A stretch of DNA of 64,000 nucleotides from Octopus sinensis (lineage: Eukaryota). A program made the position numbers and the translations under genes. The notes under the pieces were generated by a model. That model worked only from the letters and a program-made list of their open reading frames with translations, had not been told where the DNA came from and ran no database searches. The stretch lies in NCBI RefSeq assembly GCF_006345805.1, contig NC_043003.1, forward strand, positions 71,982,001-72,046,000, read 5' to 3'. This document shows positions 12,291 to 25,179 of this stretch, in pieces; positions within the stretch are counted from its first letter, which is position 1, and each line of letters starts with the position of its first letter.

Positions 12291-14407
12291 CATAGCTTCC
12301 CAAAGTGGGCTATTTCAGCTAAAAGGTGGGCAATGGGCGAATTTGTAGAAAATAGTAAGCACTTTGACATTTTGGTGGGCGATATGAACATTTTGTGGGT
12401 GACAATGAATTTTTAGAAAGTAAGTCTAGAATAAGGATGCACTTTTATTGATTTGACTACTCGCATGAGACGTCACTTTGTATTAAAAAAGCGGACTTGC
12501 TTATCGATCGAATATTTTTGTCGCAGTCATTGAGATGATTGTCATGTGTCCTAAAAATAGCAGCCAAATAGGTCAAAGCCTTAAATCACACGCCACTACA
12601 ATTTTTTTTTTTAGTTTTTTTTTGTTATAATCGTATGAAGTCCAGTGTATAGAATTCAAATTCGCAAAACTTTTCTGAAAACTCCGAAAAATAAAAAGTT
12701 ATGAGGGATTATACGTTGTGCGTAATTCTGTGGTTTCATATCAAAACACAAGTGCTATTTTCAGGATGTTGACAAAATGTGCAGACAAGCACAAAATGAC
12801 AGCTTTGAAATCGTGTTTCTTGACTGGGTGAAAATGATCAAGCTGTAAACCTCTATAACCTTTTAAAAACATTTTTCTGGAAAAAGTTGAAGAATTCCAG
12901 CAATTTAGCTTGGAAACGTACATTAATGTGCCATATTGTAAAGTTTTCGATAGACTTCAATTTTTGAAATGTTGGCAGTGAAACGAACTAGATACGTATT
13001 TTGTCCATTAAAGTCATGTCATCTGACTCTGCTCTACTGACTTCTTCTCTTTGGGAATATCATACTGCCTTTCTGATGCCGTCTGTAGAAATTCGTTTTC
13101 GCATTTTAGTAGTGATTATTTATCGTTTGGATTTATTCCCTCTCCTCAGAACTGTCAGTTACCAATGTGCCTTCTTTGCCATCAAATATTGACCAACGAA
13201 GCAATGAAACCTTCACGCTTGATGTATCATTTTGATGCAAAGCATTCTGACAAGAAGGACAAGCCGTTATACTTTTTGCAACTGAGCTTCTCCTATAAAA
13301 AGCAAATACAAACATGCTACTCCAGGAAACTTGTAAACAGAGAATGATGGCTGATTGCATTGTACAACATTACATGGCTTGTTGCTAAGTCTGGGAAGTC
13401 TCACATAATTGGAGAAACGTTATTTCGCCCAGTTATTGAAGAGGTTTTGTCAACTGTTATGCATGAAAAACCCAATAACATTACCAAGAAGATCCCACTT
13501 AGTAACAACACAATTTCTTGACACATCGATGAAATGACCAATGATGTCTAACATCAGCTCATTAATATTCTCCAGCATTCTGAATTTTCTATACAAGTGG
13601 CTGAGTCAACTGTGGTGGACAATCAAAGTTTGATGATGATGTATGCTTGGTATTTCAGCGATGACCTTCGACCTTGTGAGGAAATTCTGTTCACAGACAA
13701 ATTGCTGCTTGATTCAAAAAGTGCAACTATTTTTCTCACTATCTTTTTTGAACAGAATATCCCACTCAGTAATATTCTTGCCTGTGCGTCTGATGGAGCT
13801 CCTTCGATGATTGAAAGATACAGAGGTTTGTCATCTCTCTTAAAGCGTGAAATTTCCCACCAGATACTAACTGTTCATTACTTGACACACTGGCAAATAA
13901 TATGAACAGTTGATTGAATGATGCGCAACAGTTAGTTATCAAGACTGTGAACAAATTGAAGTCCAGTCCCTTGTCTGATCGAATTTCCCGTCAACTCAGA
14001 GAAATGATGAGGACCATACTCAACTCATATACCATGCCAAAGTGTGGTAGCTGTCAAAGGGAAACTGTGTTTTACGCTTTCTTGAACTGTTTCATATAAT
14101 CATATCTTTCTTTGATGATACTCCACTATCCACTTCATTGATGGCTGCAAGGTGCTATGTCTTTTTTCTTTGTGATATATTCACAAAATTAAACGATTTG
14201 AATAAGTTATTGCAAGGAAACAGAAAAACACTCGTTGACTGTAAATCATTTATCACTACCTTCATTTCGAAATTGGTTTTCCTATGGAATTTTGTGTTGG
14301 GGCAGGGTCGTCATGGATTTTTTTTTTACACAGGTGGGAAATGGAGCATTTTTTGGCTGATAGGTGGGCGTTATTGCAATTTGGCGTGAAAAGTTTGTGA
14401 AACACTG
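12291..14407 (+). mobile_element. hAT Buster/Charlie (ZBED5/SCAND3-like) transposon relic
   Basis: Identical 8-bp TSD ctctaaag at 12283-12290 and 14408-14415. Degenerate TIRs (catagcttcccaaagt / aagtttgtgaaacactg). BED-finger YLSFGFIPSPQNCQLPMCLLCHQILTNEAMKPSRL, then KSHIIGETL, KIPLSNNTI and CASDGAPSM. Frameshifted. Confidence 0.9.
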
Positions 14408-14441
14408 CTCTAAAGTAACTCAAAGATAACTTAAAATATAT

Positions 14442-14674
14442 ATTTCTTTATTGCCCACAAGGGGCTAAACATAGAGAGGACAAACAAGGACAGACAAAGG
14501 GATTAAGTCGATTACATCGACCCCAGTGCGAAACTGGTACTTTTATTTATCGACCCCGAAAGGATGAAAGGCAAAGTCGACCTCGGCGGAATTTGAACTC
14601 AGAACGTAACGACAGACGAAATACCGCTAAGCATTCCGCCCGCCGCGCTAACGTGTCTGCCAGCTCGCCGCCTT
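14442..14674 (-). mobile_element. Full-length SINE family B with 19-bp TSD
   Basis: Minus strand starts ggcggcgagctggcagac. TSD aagataacttaaaatatat at 14423-14441 and 14675-14693. Confidence 0.95.
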
Positions 14675-15289
14675 AAGATAACTTAAAATATATGTTTGTT
14701 GCACTTGTATAGGATATACTTTTCTTTTAAATGTTTTAGATTTGTCTGAAATCCAAATATATTGAACTAAATAATCGAATAGACGTTTTTCAACTACGGT
14801 GAATATGTTTAACATCAATCACATTCAGCATCAGACACATCAAAGTTGACAAGCACACACAACACACACACATACTGAAAATAGCAGCCAGAGCTGTTAA
14901 CAGTGAAACTTTAATAACGTAGTTCCTGATACATAGATGACAGGATTAATATTGATATCCTACTAGATTTTATTGTAAGTAACTCTATTAATCGCTTTTT
15001 TTTCTGTAATTTAATTGATAAATTCTTTATAACATTCATTTCAGTGATTCCAGTCGACTAGTAAAATTTTTGGCATGGAAATTGAGAATGTGTAGTATTA
15101 TTATTTTAACTATTTTCGTATAACACTATTTTCCACACAACAATGTGTATCAACATTATCATGCCTTTGCAGTACTGCTGATGAAAACATTATGTGTGCA
15201 TGAATTCTTCACTGTTAACAGCACGATTGTACTCGAATATATGAAATATGGCGTTTACGTGGTACAATATGTAGCTTTCCAAGGTCTTT

Positions 15290-15760
15290 TGAAATGCCGA
15301 AATTACTAACAAGATGAAGACAAATATCCGTCAAATGTAAATAATATACATAATTCTTCATCTCTTAAATATAGAACTGTATTATCTAATCAGTACGGAG
15401 CCGACATTAGACTTCAATGTAGACATATAGAGAAACTTCATCAAAAACTGGTTGTCTTTCAAACCATCTAACTTTCTTGTGTAGATGTAGAGACTCAAAG
15501 TTAATACCACCTGGCTTGAATATAATGACACCAGTGGATTCATATGAAGTTAGAAAAGTTGTGGAAGGGGCAGGACATGCCCTCGTCCGTGAGAGGATCC
15601 ATTACAACCGTTGTAAAAAGCAGCAACTAAATAACGAAATCAAAGAGAGGTTACCTTCATTACTTAGAAAAATAACCAGAGATGATGTTAGAAAGAGAAT
15701 CCAACAAGATCTAGAAAAGTCGTACAGGAAAGAATTTGAAATGGTGAAGACACGCTAGAT
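15290..15760 (+). mobile_element. Penelope-like element 5' / N-terminal ORF fragment
   Basis: FLCRCRDSKLIPPGLNIMTPVDSYEVRKVVEGAGHALVRERIHY resembles PLE N-termini (recalled, not searched). Upstream segment 15320-15378 recurs at ~16060-16135. Confidence 0.6.
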
Positions 15761-16032
15761 TACGAAGGTCAGAGAATGAAGCTGAATCCGTCACCCACTT
15801 GTGAAAGTAGTAATTAATGTAAGTTAGGAAAATATTAGATTTATAAGCCCTAAAATTCACTCCATAATTGCCAACGGGCTACTAACCCCAAGATTCCAAG
15901 TTCGATTCCAAGCAGTGACCTCAATAATAATAATAATAATTAATTCTTTTATCCTCAATAATAATAATAATATTAGCAAAAACATCGAAAAATATCTTAG
16001 GAATGAGAACCAAGTTCGAAATTTCCCCAAGA

Positions 16033-16051
16033 CACCTGATGAAACGTTGTG
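16033..16051 (+). ncRNA. Collapsed hammerhead relic (stem II deleted)
   Basis: CAC CTGATGA and GAAACGTT GTG overlap by GA (cacctgatgaaacgttgtg). Stem I CAC/GTG and palindromic AACGTT are retained. Confidence 0.45.
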
Positions 16052-17149
16052 TTAATAGCAAATATTCGTCAAATGTAAATAATGCAAATAATATAAATAA
16101 TGTACATAATTCCTCATCTCTTAAATATAGAACTACTACTATCATCATCATGACCACCATCATCAATATTACTACAAATATCATCACAATCATCCTTATC
16201 TCATCACCTTCACCAATGCTACAGCCAACATGATCACCGCCACTTCTAAAAACTCCACCAAACTTATCACCACCACCACCACCAAGAACACCCCTCAACC
16301 ACCACCATTTATTATCAACAGCGTTTTCATTCTCTCCTACTTCCCTACTGTGTGATGAGTTTGTTTGGTGTAAATATCTGAAATATCGATTAATCCAGTA
16401 AGTAATGGAAGGACCAGAGAAAATTCTGGGATTATCGGGAAAATTCCAAAATAAGAATATTTTGGAATGTTTAGCAACTATACAGAGTTGGGTGTGAGCT
16501 GGAGTAAATCCCAGAAGTTTTGCTTTACATAAATAACAGAAAAAATTGTGCATGAAAGGAATGTAAATGTGATTGTTGTTAGAGTTGATGGTGGTGTGGA
16601 TATTGTTGCTGCTGGCTGTGGTAGTTGTGATAGCAATGGTAGTGTACGTGGTGTTAGTATTGGTGATAATAGTGACTATGATAGAGGTGGGGTGGTGGTG
16701 GCAGTGATGGTAGTGGTGGTATTAGCGATGCCAGTAGTGATGGTGATATCGGCGGTGTAATTTTCGTTGATGGTGACATTACTGTTTTCTTCATTACAGC
16801 GGATTTGATGGCAAATAAAATGCACTTTTTAACAAAATATTGTTTCAAAAATGTCAACGTGGGTTCTATATAGGAAGCTTGCTAATTTTATCCTTGACTC
16901 TCAATTTTACCTAAAATCTAGGATGCGTCTAATATGCCCTCCAATAAAGTAATTTCCTTTCTTAATACGAATTATATTCCATTTACGTTTATGACAGCTC
17001 ATCTTGGTGATTCTTGCAGATACTGTCCCTCTCTGTAAAACAAAACTCGTGCAGCCAACTTAGAAAAGACAACTAGATAAGAACTCAGTCACTGGAAAAT
17101 GAACGCGTCCTTTTTGGCACGGACAGGTTTGGGGGACTTGATTAGACAC

Positions 17150-17830
17150 TAGCAATGGGTATGGCGCTCGACTATTTCTTCGACATGAAACAAGAAGATT
17201 GTGTTGTCCGAGTTAGGGTGTATGCGTTGAAATATGAATACACAAAAGGACTGGATTATGGAGGAGTGCTTTTTGATTGCAAACAAATGAGCGTGGTGTT
17301 GCAGCCGCACTATGCTGAACTCTTTTTGAGAAGCGGCGAACTTGAGTAACTGGGCAGTGAAAGAAGCCGATTTCAGTGGAGAAAGTAGCAGATGTTGTTT
17401 GCAAAACATCAGAATTGTATGGTTTTCTGTATGAGCTATATTTCAACATGCCAAACTTGTTCGATTATTGGCAGGCGTATACTACAGCTGGTGGCATACT
17501 AAGAGCAGTTTAACAGTGTGATACTGCCGAGGAAGGATCCAAATAAGGGTGGAAAATGTCAGACTCATAACTCTGCTCAACAGGATTACAAATTTACGGG
17601 AATGTTACTCACCAAGACGCTTCCACATGTACGTAGTGTAGTGGGAGACGTAGAAACCTGCGCAACCTCCGGTAGATCTATCAACGACAATAGCCACCAG
17701 ATGCGATACACTGTGGGGCGGGCCGGCAATAGATCTGGATTTTGCAGGTCACTGGTTAGTATGGATCAGTCCAAAGCATTCGACATCGCTATTTGAAAGC
17801 TGTTCTAAGATCAGTCAGAGGGTAGAGAGG
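17150..17830 (+). mobile_element. Tx1/L1-clade LINE RT fragment, decayed
   Basis: GFLYELYFNMPNLF, ILPRKDPNKG, GRSINDNSHQMRYTV, LVSMDQSKAFD. Confidence 0.75.
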
Positions 17831-18344
17831 GAGATGCTGCCTTCTAGAGTGTTTATCGAAAGTTGGATGCAAAGAAATGGGGAGAGGGTATTTTCTATAC
17901 CTTGGAGATGCCAGAATAATCCGGACATTTTTTTTGTTCGGTTGGCTTTGAATTACCTGAAGTTGACTGTTCAGTTATCAAGGAATTTTTGCGCGTTGGA
18001 GATTTTTTGAACTTTATTTTTTATATCTTTTGTTAGATCTCTTTGTTAAATATTTGTTATTGATATCGTTTTGATTGATCTACGAATACACTCCATTTTT
18101 TGTGTGTAGTACTGCATTATCCTCAAAGTCTTCAGTCCTTATAACCAATAAAAGAATTTATCATCATCATCATCGTATCGTCATCATCATCATCATCATT
18201 CAACTTTACTTTTCCTTTCGGGGTCTTTAGAATAAATGCAACCGACTTACCCCTATTTACCGTATTTAGAATTGCTGGTCTTCTGCCATGGAACAATTAT
18301 TGTTCTGGAGAATTTGAAGAACCGTTACCACGCTGGTTTAAAAT

Positions 18345-18505
18345 GCTTTTTACATTTTTACATTCTTAACTAAAATTTCACCGAGGTCGATTTTGCTATT
18401 CATCTTTTTGAGGTCGATAAAATAAGTACCAGTTGAATACTTGAATCGATGAAATTGACTCACCTCCTCCACTGAAACTGGTGGCTTTGAGCCAAAATTT
18501 GAAAT
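18345..18505 (+). mobile_element. Partial SINE family B
   Basis: ccgaggtcgattttgctattcatctttttgaggtcgataaaataagtaccagttg matches the family B body. Confidence 0.7.
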
Positions 18506-18598
18506 CATCATCATCATCATTATTGTGGTGATGGTAATGGATCTGGTCCTGACAGTAATGCGCGAGCGGTACTTTCGTGGTGACAATGAATCATACGA

Positions 18599-18643
<45 letters not shown>

Positions 18644-18986
18644 AACAAGCAACCACATATATGCAAAGTACGCAACGTTGTGGTACGGGTACCAGTTGGT
18701 GTTGCTTTAGTCCATCAACAAATTTACAAAGAACACTATCGTTCATACAGTGGTTTCTTTGAACTTACAGCAGGTCCTACGCAGAATTCGCTAATGGCTG
18801 GGCGTTGTAATGTAATGTAAGTAAACCAATACCAGTTATATATACACACTGCTATATATTTGCATGCGGTGGCAAGAATGCACTGAAGAGTCTAGTACTG
18901 TAAATATGCGAATATACGTGTACGTGTATATTTTTATGTGTTCATATGATTTATTGTCGTCATTAGAGTAACACCCGCACATTATA

Positions 18987-19018
<32 letters not shown>

Positions 19019-19043
19019 CATATACATACACACATACATACAC

Positions 19044-19084
<41 letters not shown>

Positions 19085-19085
19085 G

Positions 19086-19145
<60 letters not shown>

Positions 19146-19819
19146 CATATATATATATATAAGTATGGATGTATATAATCTTATATATACATTTAATGTA
19201 TATACACCATTGAATTTCCAGTCACTGTGATATTCGTACTGCGATAACATCTCTTGTGGCTATTTTAATTTAATAGTGCCTCAAATCGTATTTGTTTGTA
19301 TGTGTGTATACATACACATTCACACGAACATACACACACATATATGCAAATAGATGTATGTACTGTATAATACAAATATGCATAATATGTCTTTATTACG
19401 TAATTAGATGAGTTCGTTCATACGTATTATTTGACACACAGGCTACTAGACAATGACCACGGTATTGAATGGAAATGGGTGGTTATATGCGTGTGAGTTT
19501 TTCTTTATGTTCAGCGCGTGGGTGGTGTCTTTACGTCTCTATGTGTACATAAATGTGAACGAGTCTGTTTGTTTGTGTGTGTAAGTGTGTCTTTACACGC
19601 GTATGTATATGTGCGCATGGGCCTTTTGTCTATGGTCGTGCGTATTAATATCAATTGGAACCAGTGGAGACATGGCCTAGTTGTCAACTGACTTTTGTTT
19701 CAAATTTTTTCTTACTATTTTGTTATTTCTCTACTGGTAACTGCTTTTAGTTCTATATTTATTAATATGTGTATTTATTTATCCCATTATATATGTATGC
19801 ATGTATATATATATATATA

Positions 19820-20087
19820 GCCTGTCGTATATATGTATGTATATATATATTTATGTGTGTATGTGTGTGTATGTTTGTGTGTCTGTGTTTGTCCCCTTAG
19901 CATTGCTTGACAACCGATGCTGGTGTGTTTACGTCCCCGTCACTTAGCGGTTCGGCAAAAGAGACCGATAGAATAAGTACTGGGCTTACAAAGAATAAGT
20001 CCCGGGGTCGATTTGCTCGACTAAAGGCGGTGCTCCAGCATGGCCGCAGTCAAATGACTGAAACAAGTAAAAGAGTAAAAAGAGTAA
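19820..20087 (+). mobile_element. SINE family A, 3' half
   Basis: gcttgacaaccgatgctggtgtgtttacgtccccg...ggcggtgctccagcatggccgcagtcaaatgactgaaacaagtaaaagagta is near-identical to the reverse complement of 27721-27930. Confidence 0.9.
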
Positions 20088-20141
20088 TATATGTATATAT
20101 ACATATATATGTATATATATGTATATGTATATGTATATATG

Positions 20142-20215
<74 letters not shown>

Positions 20216-20242
20216 ATATATATAAATATGTATATATATATA

Positions 20243-23200
20243 TTTTTTTTTCGCTTGTTTCAGCTCAGAGCTGCGGCCATGCTGATGCACCGCCGTTTTG
20301 TGCTACACTGTTATTACGAACAACCTTCTCTAATAAGTGGTACTTGGTGAAGAATGGAGTTTGACATAGCTACTCTCAATTGCACCCCTTGCCGTGAGGT
20401 AGGTTCATCTGGGACTCTCGACAGGAAGATGTCCAGCTTTGATTTAAAAACTGCTACATCTACTTTGTGCAGACTACCTCAGACTCTTTAGGAGAATATT
20501 AAAAAGCTGTGGGCCCTTGAAACCCAGGGTGTTGCAGAAGCTGGTCCTGAAGCGTGATGACATTGCTGGGATCTTTGGCACTATGCAGTGTCGTCCCGTT
20601 CTAGCATTGGTGTAGCTTACAATGCCAACATTTGGCACAATTCCTTCCAGGATCTTCCAGACATACGAGGGGCGTTCAATAAGTAATGCCCCTGACCCAC
20701 TTCCCATAGCAGTAGAGCAACGAAACTTGGCACAGTTATTAGTCTTTTTCTATATAGGAACTACCCAGAGTTAGGCATTTCTCCCATTGTTTGATGCAGC
20801 TCTGGAGACCGTTTTTATAGAAGACTCCAGCTTGGTCCTCCAACCTGAACGCGACTTCAGAAATCAAGGCTGCATCATCTGGGAAACGCTTTCCTTTCAA
20901 AAACAACTTCATGACTGGGAAGAGGTGAAAATCAGAGGGTGCAAGGTTAGGAAAGTAGGGGGATGGGGGAGGAGTTCATAGCCATACGCCTGTGCTTCTG
21001 ATCTGGCGACAAGCGAGTTGTGGACCGGAGCGTTGTCCTGCAGGAGGAGGATGCCTTTGCTGGTCTTGCCCCGCCTCTTGATTTTGATAACTTCTCTTAA
21101 TTTCCTCAAAAGTGAAGCATAATAGGCCCCTGCAATTGTGGTACCCTTTGCCAGGAAATCTGTCATCACTACTCCGTCCTGGTCCCAGAAGACTGTGAGC
21201 ATGACCTTGCCAGCGGAGGGCTGTACCCTTGCCTTCTTTGGAGGGGGTGAGTCACGGTGCTTCCACTGCATTGACTGGGCTTTGGTCTCTGGATCATCGT
21301 GATGGACCCAGGTTTCATCCTGTGTAATCAGTCTTTTAAAAAAGTTTGACTCATCTTCTTGGCACATCTCCAAATTCACCCCCGAGCACTCGACGCGTTC
21401 TTGCTTCTGGAAAGGCGTGAGCAACCTGGGAATCCATCTGGCAGATACCTTTTGCATATGCAAATGGTCATGAATGATAGTTTCCACAGACCCGGTACTA
21501 AACTTGACCTCATGGGCTATTTGGCGAATAGTTATGCGTCGATCTTCCAAAATGGCAGCCTCAACTTGACGGTCAGATGCCTCATCAATGGCAGAAGGGG
21601 GCGACCAGATCTGGGAGCTGTTTCCACAGAGTTCCGACCATGTTTGAATTCACGATGCCAGCGTTTTACAAGGTCATATGATGGGGCATCATCACCATAA
21701 GTTACTTTCATTTCATCAAAAGTTTCCCGTGGTGTGCATCCTTTCAAAAACAAAATCCGGATCACTGCTCGACACTCAACAGGCTCCATTTAACACTTGA
21801 CTCGGTTCAAACACCTGTAAATCAGAAACCACAATTAATTCAGTGCTGTAATTTGCCACTTACTCTATAGAGTAATTTGCCACTTACTCTATAAATGATT
21901 GCACATGCAAAATTTCAGCTATATCAAACAACTACAAGTGGGTCAGAGGCATTACTTATTGAACGTCCCTCGTATATTACTGCATACCTCTCCCGTCTTC
22001 TCTCCAGGGAGTAGAGTCTTAGCTGTTTCAACCTTTCCCAGTAGCTGAGCTTTTGCAAAGAGACGATCATCGTTGTGAATCTTCTCTGGATTGCTTCAAG
22101 GTCCGCTGTTAATTTTACACTGGTGGGTAACCATAGCTGTGAGCAGTAATCCAGGCGGCTGAGGACGAATGTCCGCCAGAGGACCATCATGATTTCCTTA
22201 TCTCTGGTTCTGAATGTTCTTAGGATCCATCCAGCCAGTCGTCTGCACTTTGTCGCTATCCTGGTAATGTGCACTTGGAAAGAGGTATCATCACTCATGT
22301 CGATACCCAGGTCCCTCACAGACTTAGGCTCTGGGATTGAAATTTCCTGTGGACCGGTGTATCCTGTAAGTTTAATATTCAGTTTTGGATGCTGGTAGCG
22401 CAGGGCATGGAACTTTTCAGCATTAAACTGCATATTTTTATCCTCAGCCCATCTGTAGATTGAGTCCAACTCCTGCTGCAGGTGTGCAACATCGCTGGGG
22501 TTCTGTATTTTCTGCGAGACTTCCGTATCGTCTGTATAGCTTGCCAGAGTGGCTATCCGGGCATTTGAGGGCATATCTGAGAGGGCCACTATAAAAAGCA
22601 GTGGTCCCAAGACAGTGCCCTGTGGAACACCACTACTGCCTGACTCCTATCTTTCAGGAAGTCATGTAACCACACTCCAAGTTTTCCAGCTATGCCGAGA
22701 TCACGCAGTTTGTGGCATATCATACCATGATCCACCTTGTCAAAAGCTTTTGCAAAATCAAAGTAGATTACGTCCACATTTGATTTGTTGAGTAACTGCC
22801 TCAACACCCAGTCATAATGTTGTAAGAGCTGGGTCAGGCAGCTCCTACCTGGTCGAAAACCATGCTGGGTATCACTCAGCAAGTTATTTTCCTCAAGGAA
22901 TGCGATTAGTTTCTTTCTCACTATCCGTTCCATGACTTTGCTGATAGGCCTATAGTTTTTGGCATCTGCTCTACTTCCCCCTTTATGTATTGGGCATATT
23001 ATTCCCTCCTTCAGCTTGCTTGGTAGTTTGCCATTTGTAAGAAAGCTCTGGAAGAGAATCTTGAGGGGTTTTGCCAGGGCATGCTTACACGCTTTGAGGA
23101 GGATTGCTGGGAAACCATCTGGACCAGCAGTTGAGTTTGTGTTCACTTCATCTATGGCTAGTAGGACATCTTCTTCGCTAATGTCAATACATTCTATTGT

Positions 23201-23930
23201 AAACGCCTCGCTGGTTATAGGTGAGGCGGCAAAGAAGTTCACTGGTTCGTTCATTTGTCTGTGCTCCAACGGGGTGGTATAGACACTTTTGAACTGGATA
23301 TTCAGCATCTCACTGATCTTAGTTGGACTGTCTGTGAGGGATCCATCCTTTTGGAGGAGGGGTCCTATCTTGTAGTGCACTGAGACTGTTTCTTTCGCGT
23401 TATGAAAGAAGGCCTTTGGGTTTGATTTAATGTTTTTTATAACCCAGGCTTCTTTGTCTGCTTTCTCCTTCACATAGGATTGTTGCAGCCTTTTTTCGAT
23501 CTCCATCAGTGTTGTTTTTAGGCGGGACGTTTCGCTACTTTTGGGATGTTGGTTGAGACGATTTGCAACCTTCGTCAGTCGTCTAACGAGGATCTTCCTG
23601 TCTCTTGGAATCTCGCTCCTATTTGTTTTGGCCTTGTGCTCTGGGACATATTTCTGGCATACGGCTTGCACAGAAGACATGAAACATTCTAGTTTCATGC
23701 GAATGTCTGGTGTGGAGAGACATTCCGGCCAGTCCTCTCTGAGTATCTCTTTTTGGATCGATTTCCAATCTGCTTTGTGGAAGTTCAGATTGGAGAGATT
23801 TCGGATATATTTCAAAGAAATTCAAACAACAGATATAAGACTCAAGTTAAAACGATTGTCAACAATTCAACTTCTCTGGTTGACATTAAGATGCCCACCT
23901 CCAACAGGGGCCTTAACTCTCACATTTTAG
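20243..23930 (-). mobile_element. CR1-group (CR1/L2 sensu lato) LINE, 5'-truncated, interrupted by mariner
   Basis: ORFs 22589-23815 and 21924-22610: STAGPDGFPAILLK, QHGFRPGRSCLTQLL, YFDFAKAFDKVDH, GPLLF, YTDDT, LDYCSQLW. The frame resumes as YVWKILEG on the far side of the mariner. 3' tail ends in a stem-loop and A-run at 20243-20294. Confidence 0.9.
20666..21972 (-). mobile_element. Mariner (DD34D, irritans/Hsmar2-like), 1307 bp, frameshifted transposase
   Basis: 37-bp TIRs CGAGGG(G/A)CGTTCAATAAGTAATGCC(C/T)CTGACCCACTT with 2 mismatches. TA TSD at 20664-20665 and 21973-21974. Motifs WIPRLL, QDETW, QDNAPVH and frameshifted YFPNLAPSDFHLF, with 34 residues between the 2nd and 3rd D. Confidence 0.95.
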
Positions 23931-24197
23931 AGCTCCACGACCTTCATTTTTCAGGAGCAATATCTTTTTAACAGGTTCAATAAGACTGGAATTTTGGAAT
24001 ATGCACATAAAAATCAGTAGTATGGGATATATGTGGCACGATTACAAATTTTTGGGCGGTGTGTAAAGAGGGAAATAACCCTGATCGGCAATTTTGATGA
24101 AATTCGAAACATAGATATTCCAGTTCATTAGAGAAAATATAACAGAAAAGTCTAATTCTTCAATTGTACGTAACACGGGCAACGTCAGCTATCTCTG

Positions 24198-24238
<41 letters not shown>

Positions 24239-24280
24239 TTACACAGGCACACAGACACAGATACACACACGCTTATATAT

Positions 24281-24323
<43 letters not shown>

Positions 24324-25012
24324 CATATACACATACATATACAAATAAGAGACCAAAGTGTGCGTACGCCGTTATATTTTATATATAAAAATACAAAAAT
24401 GGAACAAGAACGTAAATAGACTGACGATACAAAGAAAACAAGAACGGGTCATTCGGAGTTTTCTATTCTCAGTCGCGTTCAAGATTATTTTTGCAATTTT
24501 GGCTGGTTATACTCGAGATTGCTCCAATCTGGCTAATCCCAAGGAAAAACTAAGCTAAGAGCATTAGATTCCTTGAAAGAAAGCAGCGAATGTATACGAA
24601 AACAAGGGCGGTAAAAAACAGAGAAATGTTACACAAATACAAATGTAATTAACAGGACATAACAACAGGTGCCTTTCGACTAAGGACGAATTAAATTAAG
24701 CTGGCGTGTGTAGAAGTAAAGCCTTACGGTAGGGATATATGATTTAACAGGCACAGGGAAGAGTATAGATGTGGCACGGATGATAGCCGAACCAAGAAAG
24801 AAAGATTAGGCCTGGCCGAACACCCTTGACGTGGGGAGAGAAGAGAGAGAAGTAGAGGCAGAGAGATAGAAGAATTAAGGAGAGGAGAGAAAAATGAAAG
24901 GGAGAAATTGAAGTGAAAGAGGAGCGAAAATGAGCATGAAGAGAAGGCCAGGAAATGTGAGAGAGACATACATATATACATACATACATGCATACATACA
25001 TACATAGATACA

Positions 25013-25067
<55 letters not shown>

Positions 25068-25095
25068 TATTTAAATGAATACAATATGTTTTTAT

Positions 25096-25179
25096 GTGCT
25101 ACTATATGTTTCATGTGCTGAGACCATGCCTGACAATATTTTTAAACACGCCTGGTGTCGTGGCACAATCATCAGGCAC
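25096..25179 (-). ncRNA. Type I hammerhead motif in the inverted pLTR
   Basis: Minus strand: GTGC CTGATGA TTGTGC...GCACAT GAAA CATATAG TA GCAC. Stem I is 4 bp, stem II is TGTGC/GCACA with a U.U closing pair, triplet GUA. Confidence 0.7.
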
